The notes under the pieces: model-generated
Told to the model about the DNA's origin: nothing
The model's input: the letters and a program-made list of their open reading frames with translations, nothing else
Database searches by the model: none
Shown: piece by piece, positions 38,551-52,306 of the stretch
Layout: each line of letters starts with the position of its first letter
Numbering within the stretch: the stretch's first letter is position 1
Origin: Podarcis gaigeae
Taxonomy: Eukaryota
Direction: 5' to 3' (one strand)
Length of the DNA: 64,000 bases
NCBI GenBank assembly: GCA_964106915.2
Contig: OZ066918.1
Made by a program: the position numbers and the translations under genes

Positions 38551-41500
38551 AGAAATGTCCTTCCTTTGCTGATATTTGAGAACCACCTGTAAAATGGAGC
38601 TAAGCTTGTTAAGCAAGTTTGGTATCTTTTTTTGGGGGGGGGGATAGCAGCTGGCATCTGTTTCTTTGGTGGAAGGTTATCAATTCATTCTTGTTATTTA
38701 ATGCACAGTTTCAAGTTCTGATAAGTCAAAAACCTTTGACCAAAGCAGGAAAAAAGACTCATTCTCCAATCTGTCTGCTCACACAAAGATAGCCAAGCTT
38801 GCTGTGACAAATTATTGACTCAGCTGACAGTGACAGGACAAGAGGGTACAGTTGTGTGTTTGCAAGTGATAAACGCTTCACACATTTTCCTGTTCCCCTG
38901 TTCTCCTTCCTTTGCCGGCAAGCTGTACAAAGTGCAGAACTGGATGTAATATACAAAGAAGATGGCCCTGCAGTTTGAATTGTGTCCCCCAAGCTTCTAG
39001 TTCAAGTGAACACCTACCCTGACATTACAACGAGCATTCCCCCCACCTCACTTTATATCATTGCTTGGTGGGACAAAAACACACACACATTGCAATGGTT
39101 TCAGGACACAATGTAAATTGAAGCAAACATTACAGAACATGAACTTGAAGATAGCACCCCCATGTTGAGTTCTTGTTCCATGTTCTCTGAACAGAGTGGC
39201 CAGAGATCAAGGATGAGGCAGCTAAAAGTCCAGCAACATCAAAGAGGGCCAGATGTTCCCTGTTTCTCTTGTATGCAGTAGATTTACTTTGTCTGTGATG
39301 GCATAGGATTCCAACAAGAATTTATGGTATCTGTGTTATGGTTGTCATTGGTAAAACATTAGGTTGGAACGCACACCAAGTTAGTCAAACTTAGTTCCCA
39401 CTGAAACCAATGGGCCTCGCGTCTTGTCTAATCTGTCCCAGTGAGGCCTAGGTTCAACTAACAGTCTGGAACCAACCCATAGTCCGTAATTGCCTTTGAG
39501 GGAGATTCTGGGGGTGCTTATTTAAAACATTGTTACTCGTGTACATATATGTTGACTGGAGTTCCTTGCCTTTCATCCCTCTGTCTCCCACTCTGCTCCT
39601 GGGCACGTGCAACTTAAACCCAAACTGAGTATTTCACAAGAATATTGTGAGCAGTTTGCTGACTTTTAACGCAAAACTGAAGAGCAGCTGTGTGAGCAGA
39701 GGAAAAGCTGGGGCAGGGGTACTTAATCCTTTCTCCTCTGCTGCTGGTTGCTTAGAAATAACCTCCAGGGACTGTTTTACTTTCTGCAGAGGAAAAGATG
39801 TGGGGACTCCATATATTTCGCCCAGGGAGCAAGACAACAACTTGGTGTGGGACTGATTTTGAGCAGGAAAGGTTAAGCTGCCCCCTCTTCAGCTCACAAC
39901 TGCAGCTTCCAAGGTTGCTTCTCCGTAAACAGCAACAAACGATCAGGAGGCTGTTTATATCTCCCATGTTTTGCCCTTGAAACCCTGAGGTGGAGCTGGG
40001 AAGAGCTTGGGCAGATGCATTTTGATTCTAGAGCACATGTTTGCAACCATACATACATGGGCCTCAGTTATTTCCACTCCCATCTCCTGTCTCCAAACCA
40101 ACATATTATGATACTGAAAGATCAACATCTTTCCTCTTGCTGCTATTATGCAATGAGACAACCTGTTTCGCTGAGTGATTAAACATTCTCATGTTTGTTT
40201 GTTTTTAAGAGGAAATTGTTGTAGTTGGTTAGCTATAGAGTGGCTGGGAAACTCAGCCAGATGGGCAGGGTATAAACAATAAATTATTATTATTATATCC
40301 TGCTTCTGAAGCCAGGGCAAGACAGGCAGGCTGCTGCGGAGTTAATGGATGCAGCATTGTGATGGAAAGTCTTCGGCAAAATCTGAGTGGGGGGAAAAGA
40401 GCCTTAGGCTCTTCCTTGATCTGCAAATAAGGGTGCTGCAAGACTGTTCCTCGTTTCCATCTGTCAAACGTTGGAGGGAATGAAAGGGAAAATGGACAGG
40501 TGTGGCTATAGTCCTTCATGGTAGCGTGCCAATTGCCTGCTGCTTTGTGCCACCTCCATTCCAACTCTTGAAGTTAGGAAGAACTGAAAGCGGTTTATCT
40601 TGGAAAACTGAATAAATTCCCCCCGCACTCTACTGGAGAAAACCGGTAACAGTGGTGTTGGCGTATGTCATGCAGAAGCTTTTGCTACATGTGTCAGTGC
40701 AAAGAATCTGACATGTAAGCAGCTCTGCCCTGTCAGTGACCCTTCTTCCAACAAGCTAGGCCACATTCTTCTGAGGACAGCATGTTATAATTCAGTCCCC
40801 TGCACTAATTCTAGTTTGGGACTCTATTCTGAACAGTCTGCATAAAGCAGGAAATTGCTGTCTAAAGCTGAGATAACTCCAGTCCGAATGCTGGCTTTTC
40901 AAAGGCTGTGGGATGGGAGCCATGAATAACAAAGGCTGTCAATACAGACAGGGCCACCAATTTCTCCATTTATCACAATCAAGAAGGTTGTCTAAGGCAT
41001 CAGACTCCCAGGTTCACTAGGGAATCATGAAAATATTTTAATACCTTTACATTTTAAAACTTTGCTTATATTATTAGCCATCGTGTTTGCAGAGAAAGTT
41101 CAAATTTTGTGTGGGTTTTTTAATTTATTTTTTACACTGTACATTCAGAAGACATAAATCCCAAACAAACACAACCCATATTACTAGGTTTGGAAGGAAT
41201 ATTCCATTCTAAGAAATGCAGGGGGTCTCTGTTGATAGAAAAGACTCCTTCTTGCAGAGAGTTACCTTCCACAAGTTGTTAGGTGAGAAAAATGGTCAAA
41301 GCGGCTACGCTGTTCTAATATACTTCCACCTGCTCCTCTCCTGCCATATGTTTGCACTGTTTTCTGTGCCGCAAGAGATCTTGCGCATCTGGGAGAATGA
41401 TTCTAGCCTAACCTTTGCTTCTACAGGTTAGTGTCTAATGTGCAGTGTATGTGTATGTGTGTTGTGGGAGAAACCATTCAAACATACTCCGTCCCTTATT

Positions 41501-41788
41501 ATCACCTGCAGTCTAAAATAGCACAAGTCTAGTCTAGTAACAATTTTTCAGCCTCAATTACTGTTTGTGTAGGCCAGAGGTTTCACTGTCTCTGGGAGTG
41601 GTTCTGCATTTGAGACCAACGTGTTTTGTTTCTCGTGGACAAAAGGTTTGCAAAACAAGAAACTACAGAGGCCTATGTGGCATTTCCCCAGTGTTCAGAA
41701 GATGGGGAAATACCTGGGGAAAACCAGGACTAAACACTTCTGCAGAGGGGGGTGGAAAACAGCCTCCATGCAAATAGTCACAAGTTTA

Positions 41789-41975
41789 TGAGCCAGAATG
41801 TCGGGTTAGATACGAGAAACTTGGGTTCCAATTCCCATTTGGCTCTGAAACTTGTGGGGTTGTGCAGGGGCAAGTCCAATATCTCTTAGCGAAACCTTCC
41901 TGGCACTGTTGTTGTGAAGCAGAAATTCCGCACTGAGCTCCTTGAAAGAAAGTCAATTATACCAAATATAAATTG
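41789..41975 (+). mobile_element. Degenerate squamate SINE (Squam3-like); related minus-strand copies near 53180-53320, 46850-46960 and 15260-15320
   Basis: gagccag...gggttccaattccc...ctgttgttgtga...tgagctccttg...aaatataaat. Confidence 0.5.
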
Positions 41976-44900
41976 GGTGCAATCTGATGCGCCTGCTCAG
42001 AATGCTTGGTAGGGAGCAATGCCTGGAAAGCACCCCAAAATTCAATGTCTTTTCCTTAATGTGTTAACTTCCAATGTGCAGAGAGGCTTTTATGTGGGGA
42101 ATACTTTACAGCTGAGCCCTCCCACACACAGTCTGGAGCGAGACACTTCTCTGAAAAGGTTGGCACATGCAGTGTCCCTAACGTTTTGAATAGGTTTCCA
42201 TATGTTAAAAGGAAACCAGGGAAACCGTTTAAGACACTGAGGGGTGGGTGGGTCTAACTTTCACAAAATCTTTGATTGCATTTCATGTGGGAGTGTGTCC
42301 AAACCTGTGCCTACCTGACCCCAATCTCATATACTGCTGTGTGTAGGCAGGCAACCGTGTCTGGGAAGGTGATTTGAGACGTTCTGTACTAGAGCCCTGT
42401 AAAATAAGAAAATCAGCCCACTTGCAATCCCGGTAACGGCTTTTAAATGTCTACAGTGAGGTGGCCCCAAATACACTATCACTCATTATGCCAATGCTGC
42501 AGGCAGACATGCTGGAAGTGTGGGTAATTAGGGTGTGGGAGGGTACTTTGCCCTTAGATAATCCAGTATTCCTTTACAGGGGGGTTAGGCAACTGGGGGC
42601 CCAAACCAGCATCTGAATCCCCCAGTCTGCACCCAACAGAAGCCCTGATCCCAAAGACCTCCCCCCCTTGTTAAAATGTGTTTACAGGAGAAGAGGTACT
42701 CAGGAGTGGCAGATGCTTCACCCACGAAATACCACTGGGTGAAGCAGCCATCGTGCTCTGGCCCTCATACTGGTCCCGGGTGATGTATCGATACATCAGC
42801 CAAGCCTAGAGTGGACACTGCAAACTAGGAATGTGCACCAGATTTGGTTAAATCCCAGTGGGCAGAGGGCTCAGTCCTGCTGGCTGCGGGGGTCTCCTTC
42901 ACCAGTATGTTCCCTGCGGGGAATGTGCTGGCAAACAACATCCCAAGAGGCTTGCAGTGGGGTCAGAGGGAGAGGGGGCAGACAAAGTGCCTCCTTTCTC
43001 CCTTGCCCCCTTTTGGTTAGGGTTTAAAACTTTAAGAAAACATTAGGGCTTTCTCCCCCACCCCACAACTGTTTTGGGGGCCCAGATCCATTTCAGAATG
43101 GAGGCGTGTGTGCCCAGCCCTTCTGCCAACTCCATTTTTGTGAGAGTGGTTCAGGAGTGAACAATTTGTTCTGGATGGAAGTCTGCGCACAGTGAGTTGG
43201 AGGGAAGCAGCTGATGAGCTTATTTTAGTGGCCTGTGATTAATGTAATTTGAATGTCATTTTTTAAAAACACTGCAAAATGCATAATACAGCAAGAGAAC
43301 ACTTAACGTACTGCATTCCTCTGCGTGTGCTTTCCTTAAAAAGGACAGACTCGAGCCAGCTCTTGAGTAATGATGTATGAACTTAGAAAGGGTGAGAGCT
43401 GAAAAACAAGTTGGATTCTCTTCTAAAACAACCTACACTGATCTGATTCTTAGGATGGGAAAAAATGAGGGAAGCGATCAAGTTTGCAAGTAAATTTGCA
43501 GCTCAAAGTCCCCCCTGCCCCCGCTCAAAACTGCTTATGTTGCCTCAAGAAGCAGTTTCCTTTTTAAATAGATTCATAGACTTCTAGAAAGAGGACTGAA
43601 ATGAAAGTTGGATCCAGATGACCTGTTCATTATTGAGCATTCATCCTGATTTGTTTGCACAAGGTTTGCAGTCATGTTAGACGTTGGCTGTTTATGGAGC
43701 ATTCATTCTGATTTGTTTGTGAAGAGGTTAAGCAAAGCAAATCTTATTCCAACTTCCCAGTGCTTCTTGCCACTTTCCTTATCATTAAAATCCAATCGGT
43801 GGGGTGGGGTGGGGTCAGAGGTTTGTTGCACAGGAGCCCCAAGTCAACATTAATAGTGTAACCTGAATCCCACCCAAATATGGCAACAGTGTTGAAGCAC
43901 GCTAAATGAGGCTTGACAAAGTTGCAGGTCCCAGGCAGTAAGGCAGAATTGTTGTCTCGTATGAAAAGCCAAAAAACCCATGCATGCATGCAGAAATGCT
44001 GAAAGTCAGAGAGATAGCTCAACTTCCCCACCCTGCCCCGCCAAAAAGGCTTGCTTTCTATGTGTGGGGAGTTTTACACAGATGAGACCATTCCAAACAT
44101 TCACCAACCACTGACAACTATTAGTGTCAACCAAAACATCATCCTGGGCAGATACCGGACAAATGTTTCAATTTTTAGACACAGGACCCAGTTAATGCTA
44201 GATGGTAGCACCAGCCACTACTCTAAGGGACTATTCAGATGCAGCACCAACATGCATGGAGGCTACAAGCAACTATCATGATATTTTTTCTGTGCCACCA
44301 TGGTTGTGCAAACAAAATGAGGCTGTGGAATCTTTGGGGTTGAAAATTACACCCCATTTAGTTTCCAGCAGCTGGAGAGAATTTGGGAGAAGGGGAAAAC
44401 CATGAACCCTTGGCCCAATTTGAGATAATACAAAAGAAGGTTTGGGGCCTTGAAACTGAAAAGGTCGAAGTGGATTCCTATAGCTCCTAAACTTGTTGCT
44501 AAGAGACACGCTTAATTGAAGGAGGGGTGAAGGAGAACAGGAAGAGAACATGTAAAAGGGAAGACTAAAATAGTAACTGTTACTTAAGGACCAAGAATGC
44601 AGTGATAACTTCTGAGGAGGAAGAAGAAAAATATTTTCCCCTTCAGCTCATTCTGTTCAATCCAGAATGTTTTGTCTGAATATTTTTCTGAAATGTTTGC
44701 TTGCAATGGGCATTAAGGGTTGCAGCTAAGGACATTCCGTTCCTAACCTCCAGAAAGCTGAAGTCTTGCGAGTACGCATATTTTCCTGGGTACTAGGCAA
44801 ATGAAGTCCTGTATGCACAGAATCCTCTATGGAACTGTGTGTACCTCTTCTCTCTCTCCTCCCCCCCCACCACCCTTGCAGTTTTCCTCTTACCCTCCAG

Positions 44901-45140
44901 CGTGGCCAGAAGAAGATGGGGGAAAAACTTGTTACACTCCAAGTGACCTTTTTTGTGCCTTTCTGGAATTTGTATCCAGTTGGAGACATGGGCATGGGAC
45001 AATTTCTGCTTGGGAATGGTGAGGAAGTAGCTGGTCATTAAAATGGTGTGCTAACATGGCCCCAGAATTTAATCTGCGCAAAGACTGCATAAAGGCAACT
45101 TTTGTTTCCATTGTTAATTATGTCAGTAGTGTAAGGAGAC

Positions 45141-45288
45141 AGCTGGATAGCTCCCTTGGTTAGAGTGTGGTGCTGATAATGCCAAGGTTGCAGGTTCGAT
45201 CCCCGTAAGTGACAGCTGCCTGTTCTCGCATTGCAGGGGGCTGGACTAGATGATCCTCATTGTTATTTCCAACTCCATGACACTATGA
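45141..45288 (+). mobile_element. tRNA-Ile-derived SINE with CR1-type tail
   Basis: Same head as the 25671 copy, B-box ggttcgatccc, tail gcagggggctggactagatgatcctc...ttccaact. Confidence 0.8.
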
Positions 45289-46251
45289 AATGGGGCAAGA
45301 ATGGCACACCAGTCTTGGGTATAACCTGGATAATGGCACCAAAAGGCAAGGATTGTGCAATATATAGGCCACTATTGAAACATTGTATTTTCTTGCTGCA
45401 GACTGTGCAATTCCCCCTTCTTCTTTAATTGATTTGAAAGATAAAACTGCAAATCTCACAGTCCTTGGCAGAAAATGATAGCCAAAGTCCACAGTGATTA
45501 TGCTTTTCTCTGTCTCCTGATTCAATTCAGGAGGCATAGAAAACTCCTGCATATACTTGGGTGGGAGGGCATAATTTCCGGCTAAGGACAGACCACACAT
45601 CTGGTTATCCCTTCTCTTACCAAAATTAACTATTACTTTATGTTTGGAAAAAGGAGAAACCAGCAGGGGAGGGCTGGCTAGTGCCAGGAGCAGGAGACAA
45701 ATGCAGTTTCAAGCTGGTCCCAATTTAAATGTGACAAGTTTTTGGTTTGTTTGTTTTTAAGCTGGTGTTCATATTTGGAATCCTTCAACCTTCATAGTTT
45801 GCCCCTAATTCATAGATACATAGAAGTATAAATATGCCCCCCCAGCATCATAAAGGAAAGATCAAACATGCATGTTGTGCTGTATGCATTTAAAAGGTCA
45901 GGAAAGAATAGAGCAAACTATTTAGAAGCAACCTTCCAGGGTTTACACATACATGGGAACTGCCTGTCTACTAGGTGGAATGCAATTACAGGTCAGCATA
46001 ACTGGTTTAATAGGCTGGCAGGACTCAATAACTTTTTATCATGTGACTAAAGTTGAGTATATCAGACATTCTCCTCCTTCAAGATGTACACAAATTGGCA
46101 GATTTGATTGTGGGAGCAGGAGGAGGAGAATATGAAGAGATTGTTTTAAAAGGTGATAATGTAGCTTGCCCCTGAAATCAGGGGCCTCTGAGATATAACA
46201 ATACTCATGTTACTTGACATTTCATTTTGTCCCATTCTTAGCATGCATGAA

Positions 46252-46503
46252 CAGTCATGCCTTGGTTCTCGAACTGAATCCGTTCCGGAAGTTTGTTCAA
46301 CTTCCGAAAACGTTCGAAAACCCAAGGCGCAGCTTCCGATTGGCTGCAGGAGCTTCCCGCACTCAATCAAAAGCCACGGAAGCCATGACGGACATTCGGC
46401 TTCCAAAAAAAGTTTGCATACTGGAACACTCACTTCCGGGTTTGCGGCATTCGGGAGCCAAAACATTTGAATCACAAGGCATTTGAAAACCAATTTATGA
46501 CTG
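46252..46503. mobile_element. Tc1/mariner (Tigger-like) MITE, second family
   Basis: TIR cagtcatgccttggtt / aaccaatttatgactg, followed by TA. Confidence 0.75.
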
Positions 46504-47295
46504 TACTTAAATACTCAACAGTCACAGCAGTATGCAAACCAAGAGGCTTAAGCCACTGCCAAACGTCATCCCAGTTTAAGGGTGGATACTTTCTAACACA
46601 CCTCAGATGAAAATTTATTCACTTAATTTTTGTGTGAGATAAGCCCCTCATTGTTGAAACGGCACGATCAAATCATTTCCCTGAGGTCTGGCAATCAGCA
46701 TGCTGTCTTAAGGAATTTACGAAGGTGTATACTCAGAAAGTGCATTTTTAAAACACTGGATGCAGCAAATCTGCATTTGTTTTGCTATTTATATTTAGTT
46801 TCATGAATTTCCTCTAATCCAAGTAACTCAGGTTGGTATAGTTTCTCCTCAAAATAACCCTATGAAGCCAGTTAACAAAGAGAGAGTGACTAGCCTAAGG
46901 CTACCAAGTGAGCTTTGAGTCAAGGTCCCCCCAGTCCAAATCCAAATAATAAAAGCTTGAAAATTCGAAATGCAGTGTATACTAACGAAGATCTGACCAG
47001 CAAAGTGAGAAAGCTGACAGTTCAACAACCAAACAAAAGTATCTAGGCCATATCTGCACAGCAAAGTTCTACTGATTTTATACAAGTTCTTCTTTTGTTT
47101 TTACATGGCTTTCTCCACTAGGATCCTTAGCTGGATAATGCTGAGAAAAGCCTCTGGTCAGAGGGAGGAGATTCCCCCCTCCCCCTCCCCCCAAACTACA
47201 GATCACAAAGCTCCTTAGGGAGAGAAAATGACTTTTTAAGAAATTTAATTGTATTGTGTAAATACGCTCACCATGTTTCCATGGGAAAAGCTGCT

Positions 47296-47342
47296 TCAAC
47301 CAACCAACCAACCAACCAACCAACCAACCAACCAACCAACCA
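47296..47342. repeat. (CAAC)n microsatellite, about 11 units
   Basis: Directly visible. Confidence 0.95.
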
Positions 47343-47491
47343 GTTGCTAACTAAAAATCCTAGGAAAGTGTTATAAACTTATAAACACCAAGGATGAATT
47401 CAGTTCTCCTCCAGCAGCTCTGCATACCCTCAAGTCCCCAGGCCATGAAAACGGTGGCAAAAAATAAGGAAAACTCCAACCATTTACTTAC

Positions 47492-47665
47492 ATCTGGATA
47501 ATAGTCTGTGGTGGGTACTAGGCGCTCAATCAGGGCCTCTAGTGATCCAGAGATGAGACTCCCATCTTGATAAACAGGATCTCCACTCCTCTCTCCTGTA
47601 TCTGGCTGCACCTGCCCACTACATCCGGAACCAAGCATGCTGGAAAATATTGGTGTCTGGGGCAT
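47492..47665 (-). CDS. RASGEF1A: Exon 2 coding part, MPQTPIFSS...LVPTTDYYPD (exon begins at 47671)
   Basis: Acceptor ttttgcag|GAAACTATG; donor GAT|gtaagt; 174 nt from the ATG. Confidence 0.95.
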
Positions 47666-50600
47666 AGTTTCCTGCAAAAGTGGAGGGAGAAAATGGAAGC
47701 GATGTGAGCCATATACAGCTGCTTTTTCATGTGTCTCATTGGTGCTTTCCCATGTTTTGAAGAAATATCAGCCTGATCCTGTGCAACATTAGGCCTGCTT
47801 AAGTCCACTACAATTATTCGGCTTAGACCTCTGGCCAACTCTTCATAGGGTCAGACTGCTTTTTTTGTACTGCACATAACATAGCATGAACTTTGGAAGA
47901 GGAATTTGCAGTCCCAACATGCCCAAGTGTGCACGAAGCCTTTTGTCTGGCTTTGTTGTTAAATTAAATACGCATTGATAGGCCTACATTGTGCACTGGC
48001 TAGCAGCATGACATTTGTGTCTCACAATAAGAGTGTTTGAAGACAACCTTGAGGACACATTCTTACAAAGGAGTAAACCAAACGATCAGTCTTAAAAACT
48101 GTTCATAAGGATTCCTATGAAAACAAGTAACTATTAAAAGAGAAGCTTAAGATTCACAATTAAAATATTCCAATGAAAAACCCACAAATTAAACACATGG
48201 TGGAAGTGAGTTGCCTTACAACAGGAGTTGGGGACCTGTACCCTTCCGAGGGTTGTTCAACTTAATCCTCAATAGCCTCAGCCCAAGTGATCAGTGGTCA
48301 TGGTTGGTGGGCTCTTCGTCCAGCAAATCTGGAAGCTCCTCACTCCTGGGTTTAAACTTTGTAAGTAAAGACTTCAAACAATGGGCCTTACTTGGGGGGA
48401 GAATTCTCAAGAGAAATGACACTGCTCTTCCAAGGCCATCGATGTTCAAGCATCCCAAGGATGGGGCTTGTGTAGTGAAGTCTCTTCAATGGATCTTAAC
48501 AGGACAGGAAATATCCACATGACATGAGGAGCTTCCCAAGGTGGAACAAAGCAATTCTGCCTGACCCGTTTAGATGGCTACTTAGCAGAAAACTGACTCA
48601 AGCATGGCTGTTCTGCTTCATCTGGTTTAGATCTTGACAGCAGTTCATCTCATTTGCCCTGCCCTCTCATACATGAACAGTTCTAGAAATGTCTGAAGAT
48701 GTGTCTGCTAACACAACATCTGCCAAAGAGCAGGTAATCTAGGGAGGCAGTTGGCTTCTGGAACACTGAAGAACGCGTTCCTGGGGTGATGCTTTCAAAG
48801 GTGTGTGGGCTATAGGGACAGTTGGGAAAGGGAGCAGTTGGTTAAACCGAGTATCTGATTCTGGCAGCTTTCTCTAAGCATGGTCAGAGGAAGGTAGCAG
48901 GAACCAGGTCTTATCCTAGGACAGAAACACATGTGGCCAGACTGCCTGTTTGTCTTAACAACAGACTGGTGAGTGCAAACACAACCTTACAGTGTCTTGT
49001 GTTTCTGTCTTGCTTCAGGGAAAAATAGTATACCTGCTATCCTGGATTATTGGCAGAGATCAGAGCTCCCCCCACCCAGCTTTTCTCCTAGCTATCAGAC
49101 TGAAGTATGCGATAGTCAACAACTACAAATATGTGTGGCTGCAAAGCAAATTTACATGGGAGGCGAAAACAATCGAGTTGCCATGGTGTGCTTAGATCAT
49201 GAAACGTGAATGTCAGAGTGATTATGCATCAGCCCTCCATATGCTTTCTCAGTATCTCGTGTTTACTAGCCTGAATTTTCAAGGTTGCTAAGCTATATCA
49301 GGAGTAGCTGCTAAGAGAAATCCTCAATAGTGGCTCAGGTGACATCACTTTGCTTCCTTCGTGCCATGGTTATTGGGATGGCTTTGTAAACATTTCATGG
49401 CTGGTATGTATGGTATCACGTCCATGAGACTGTGTTATTGCCATGAACAAGGGATCTAGTGGAAAATTAGTTTCCTGAAATATGTGAATACTCAAGGCCT
49501 ATAGCCAAAGATAGGGCTCTTTATTGCTAGTTAATATGCAATTCTTCACCTTTGCATTTCCTGGTCATGAGCAATTTTGCCATCTCAGTTTTCTTTTCTT
49601 TGCAGTCTCTCTCTCCCCTGCCCCAGCTGTGCTTTCCCTCTATTCTTTGGACTCTACTTTCTTCGGCGGGTTGGCACTGCTTTCTCAGGACCTTTCCTTT
49701 CCAAACCCCCATTTCTTCCATATCGCCTTTCCTGCTGCCTGCCATGCTTGTTTCTGGGCTATGAGCTGCTGAGCCAATGGCAGTCAGAGACATTTCTGCT
49801 TTCTGTGATGTTAGAGCAACTAAGTCAGTCACTGCCAGGCACATCATAAACCACAAAGTCCCCTTAATCACACTAAAATGTAGATATCCTGCAATATCTG
49901 AGGATTCATTAACTAAGTTATAACACATCACTGTTAAGTACTGCTAGAGCTCCTGTATGCCATCACTCAGAATTCTACCATGCATATGTAATGTCTATAT
50001 GGCACATGAAAAATTCCACCAGCCATGGAGCTTCAGCAAACTTTATAATGGGCATGCATGACTCCTTACTGCCCTTTGATGCATATGCAAGCAAACAGTT
50101 CATGAACCTCCCACTACCTGATGAAAATTCATGGATGTTCATTGCAAGGTCCAAGGTGGTGAGTCAACCTCACTTCATCATTAATACTAACACTAAAATA
50201 ATTGTTGCTTTCTACTGTTAACCCTCTTCCACTCCCCGCATTCCTGGCAGCTCAACACAATATGAAGGACATGCAGCTGCCTGGCTTATCAAAATCTAGG
50301 GAGCTACTGTGAAACCCAAAACAAACCGTGAATGGTGTAACACAAATGCCTCACACCTCTTAGGACAATAGGGGCTAGAACAAGGCTATTGCAACTCTCA
50401 TAACTGCTCCCATTGCAGGTCCTTCCCTTCACACAATTTACTTATATAAAAAAGAGGGGGATGGAACTACTTTTGGGACAACCTTGAGGAGGCAATACCA
50501 CAACATGATGTGAGCTGGGGGAGCAACATTAAATTTCATATGGGACATTAATTCAGTGTGAGCCAGCTCTGCTATATAAAGCACCAGCCAAACATTATGT

Positions 50601-51405
50601 TCCCTTTTAAGGCAGCTTCACCGCCCCCCCAAGCAATATTTAGCAAGCCAGTTGGGGACTTGTCTAAGTTAATTCCAACATCACCCTGACACCAAGACAT
50701 AACTAAAAGAAGAAAACTCCTGCCAGCTCATATGTTAGGACAGAATCCTGCACAGCTGTTTACGACTTAGAAGGCAGAATGTCCCTAATAGTAAACAGCA
50801 GCATATCCCTCCCACAGTTCAGGCCAGTGTTTGTCATTTAAATGTTTGAAGTGACTCATGTGAATGGGGACGAGAGACAAAATGTACAGCATCTAATTGA
50901 CATATAATTGAGAAATGAGACACGGCAATTCTATGCACAAGTGCTTTCTTGGTAATGTTCTGTGGTATTTCACAAATTTAGTCACAAGGCATCCTTGTAG
51001 GCTCACATGACAGCTTGACAAATGGGATGTTTCTTTGGGAAGAAGGGAGGGAGGGACGTGGAAGGCAGCTTGACTCTGTTTATTATGCAAGTTGCCTGTG
51101 AGTTTACTCCTTCCTTTTAAGGGATATGGCAGTGGTTTTTAATGAGCTACCCATGTACAGTGTGCACTGTCAGGCTATTTCATCTAGATGCATGCCCAAA
51201 CTGCAGATTATGGAATAGGAGGAAACATGCTTCTTTCATAGTATTAAAACGCAGGGTCAGGCAATGAAATTGATTCATTGGCAGGGTTAACACAGGCAAA
51301 AGGAGGTATTCCTTCACAAAGTGAATAATTAACATAGGATTCAAAGCAACAAGATGCAGGGATCTGCTTAGACCAGTGGGGCCTGCAACAAAATGTTGTC
51401 ATGTA

Positions 51406-51754
51406 AAGGTAAAGGGACCCCTGACCATTAGGTCCAGTCGTGGCCGACTCTGGGGTTGTGACGCTCATCTCACTTTATTGGCCGAGGGAGCTGGCGTACA
51501 GCTTCCAGGTCATGTGGGCAGCATGACTAAGCTGCTTCTGGCGAACCAGAAGGTGCACGGAAACGCCGTTTACCTTCCCGCCAGAGTGGTACCTATTTAT
51601 CTACTTGCACTTTGACATGCTTTCGAACTGCTAGGTTGGCAGGAACAGGGACCGAGCACCAGGAGCTCACCCTGTTGCGGGGATTCGAACTGCCGACCTT
51701 CTGATCGGCAAGTCCTAGGCTCTGTGGTTTAACCCACAGCGCCACCCGCATCCC
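51406..51754 (-). mobile_element. Sauria SINE, full length
   Basis: Perfect 16-bp TSD aaaatgttgtcatgta at 51390-51405 and 51755-51770. Confidence 0.92.
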
Positions 51755-52050
51755 AAAATGTTGTCATGTAGTGCACTTCTTTTCAAGGTTAGAGCCTGCC
51801 AGCCAAGCCCTCTTCCAGGAACACCATTCCATACTGCTCCCAGTTGCCATTCCACCAATGGACATTCAGCATCCTGAGGCCACTGACTATGGGCAGTACT
51901 AACTAGATGGTTTTGGTAGTGTTGGGGTTTCCCTTTTAAGATTTCCCCTTAGGGAAATATTTTTGTACTTTTGGAAACCTTGGGTTTGCTTCCAAGCCTG
52001 CTGCTCCCTCCCTCTTATTCATCAGTGGCCCCATTTAGGGTACAATCCTG

Positions 52051-52052
<2 letters not shown>

Positions 52053-52100
<48 letters not shown>
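52053..52100. repeat. (AAT)16 microsatellite beside an L2 3' end
   Basis: Directly visible. Confidence 0.95.
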
Positions 52101-52102
<2 letters not shown>

Positions 52103-52306
52103 TGATGTTATTTATACACCAGCCACTCTGGGGAGCTTCCAACGCATACAAAAACATAATAAAATGTCAGACATTAAAAACTTCCCAATACAGGGCTGCT
52201 TTCAGATCTCTTATAAAAGTTGTGTAGTTCTTATCTCCTATCAGTTGAGGAAGACAGGTGTATCAACAGCTCTCAGCTTTGATAGTTGAAAGTTACCATG
52301 TTAAGA

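Larger units (their letters stand above)
12864..47671 (-). other. RASGEF1A: RASGEF1A gene body: 12 coding exons, 1428 nt CDS, 475 aa (REM domain plus CDC25-type RasGEF domain)
   Basis: Exons join in frame with consistent phases (174+129+138+222+75+93+103+80+192+124+73+25 nt). The translation matches recalled RASGEF1A: N-terminus MPQT..SGQVQP, C-terminus KDSWKTLRTTLLNRA. Confidence 0.95.
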
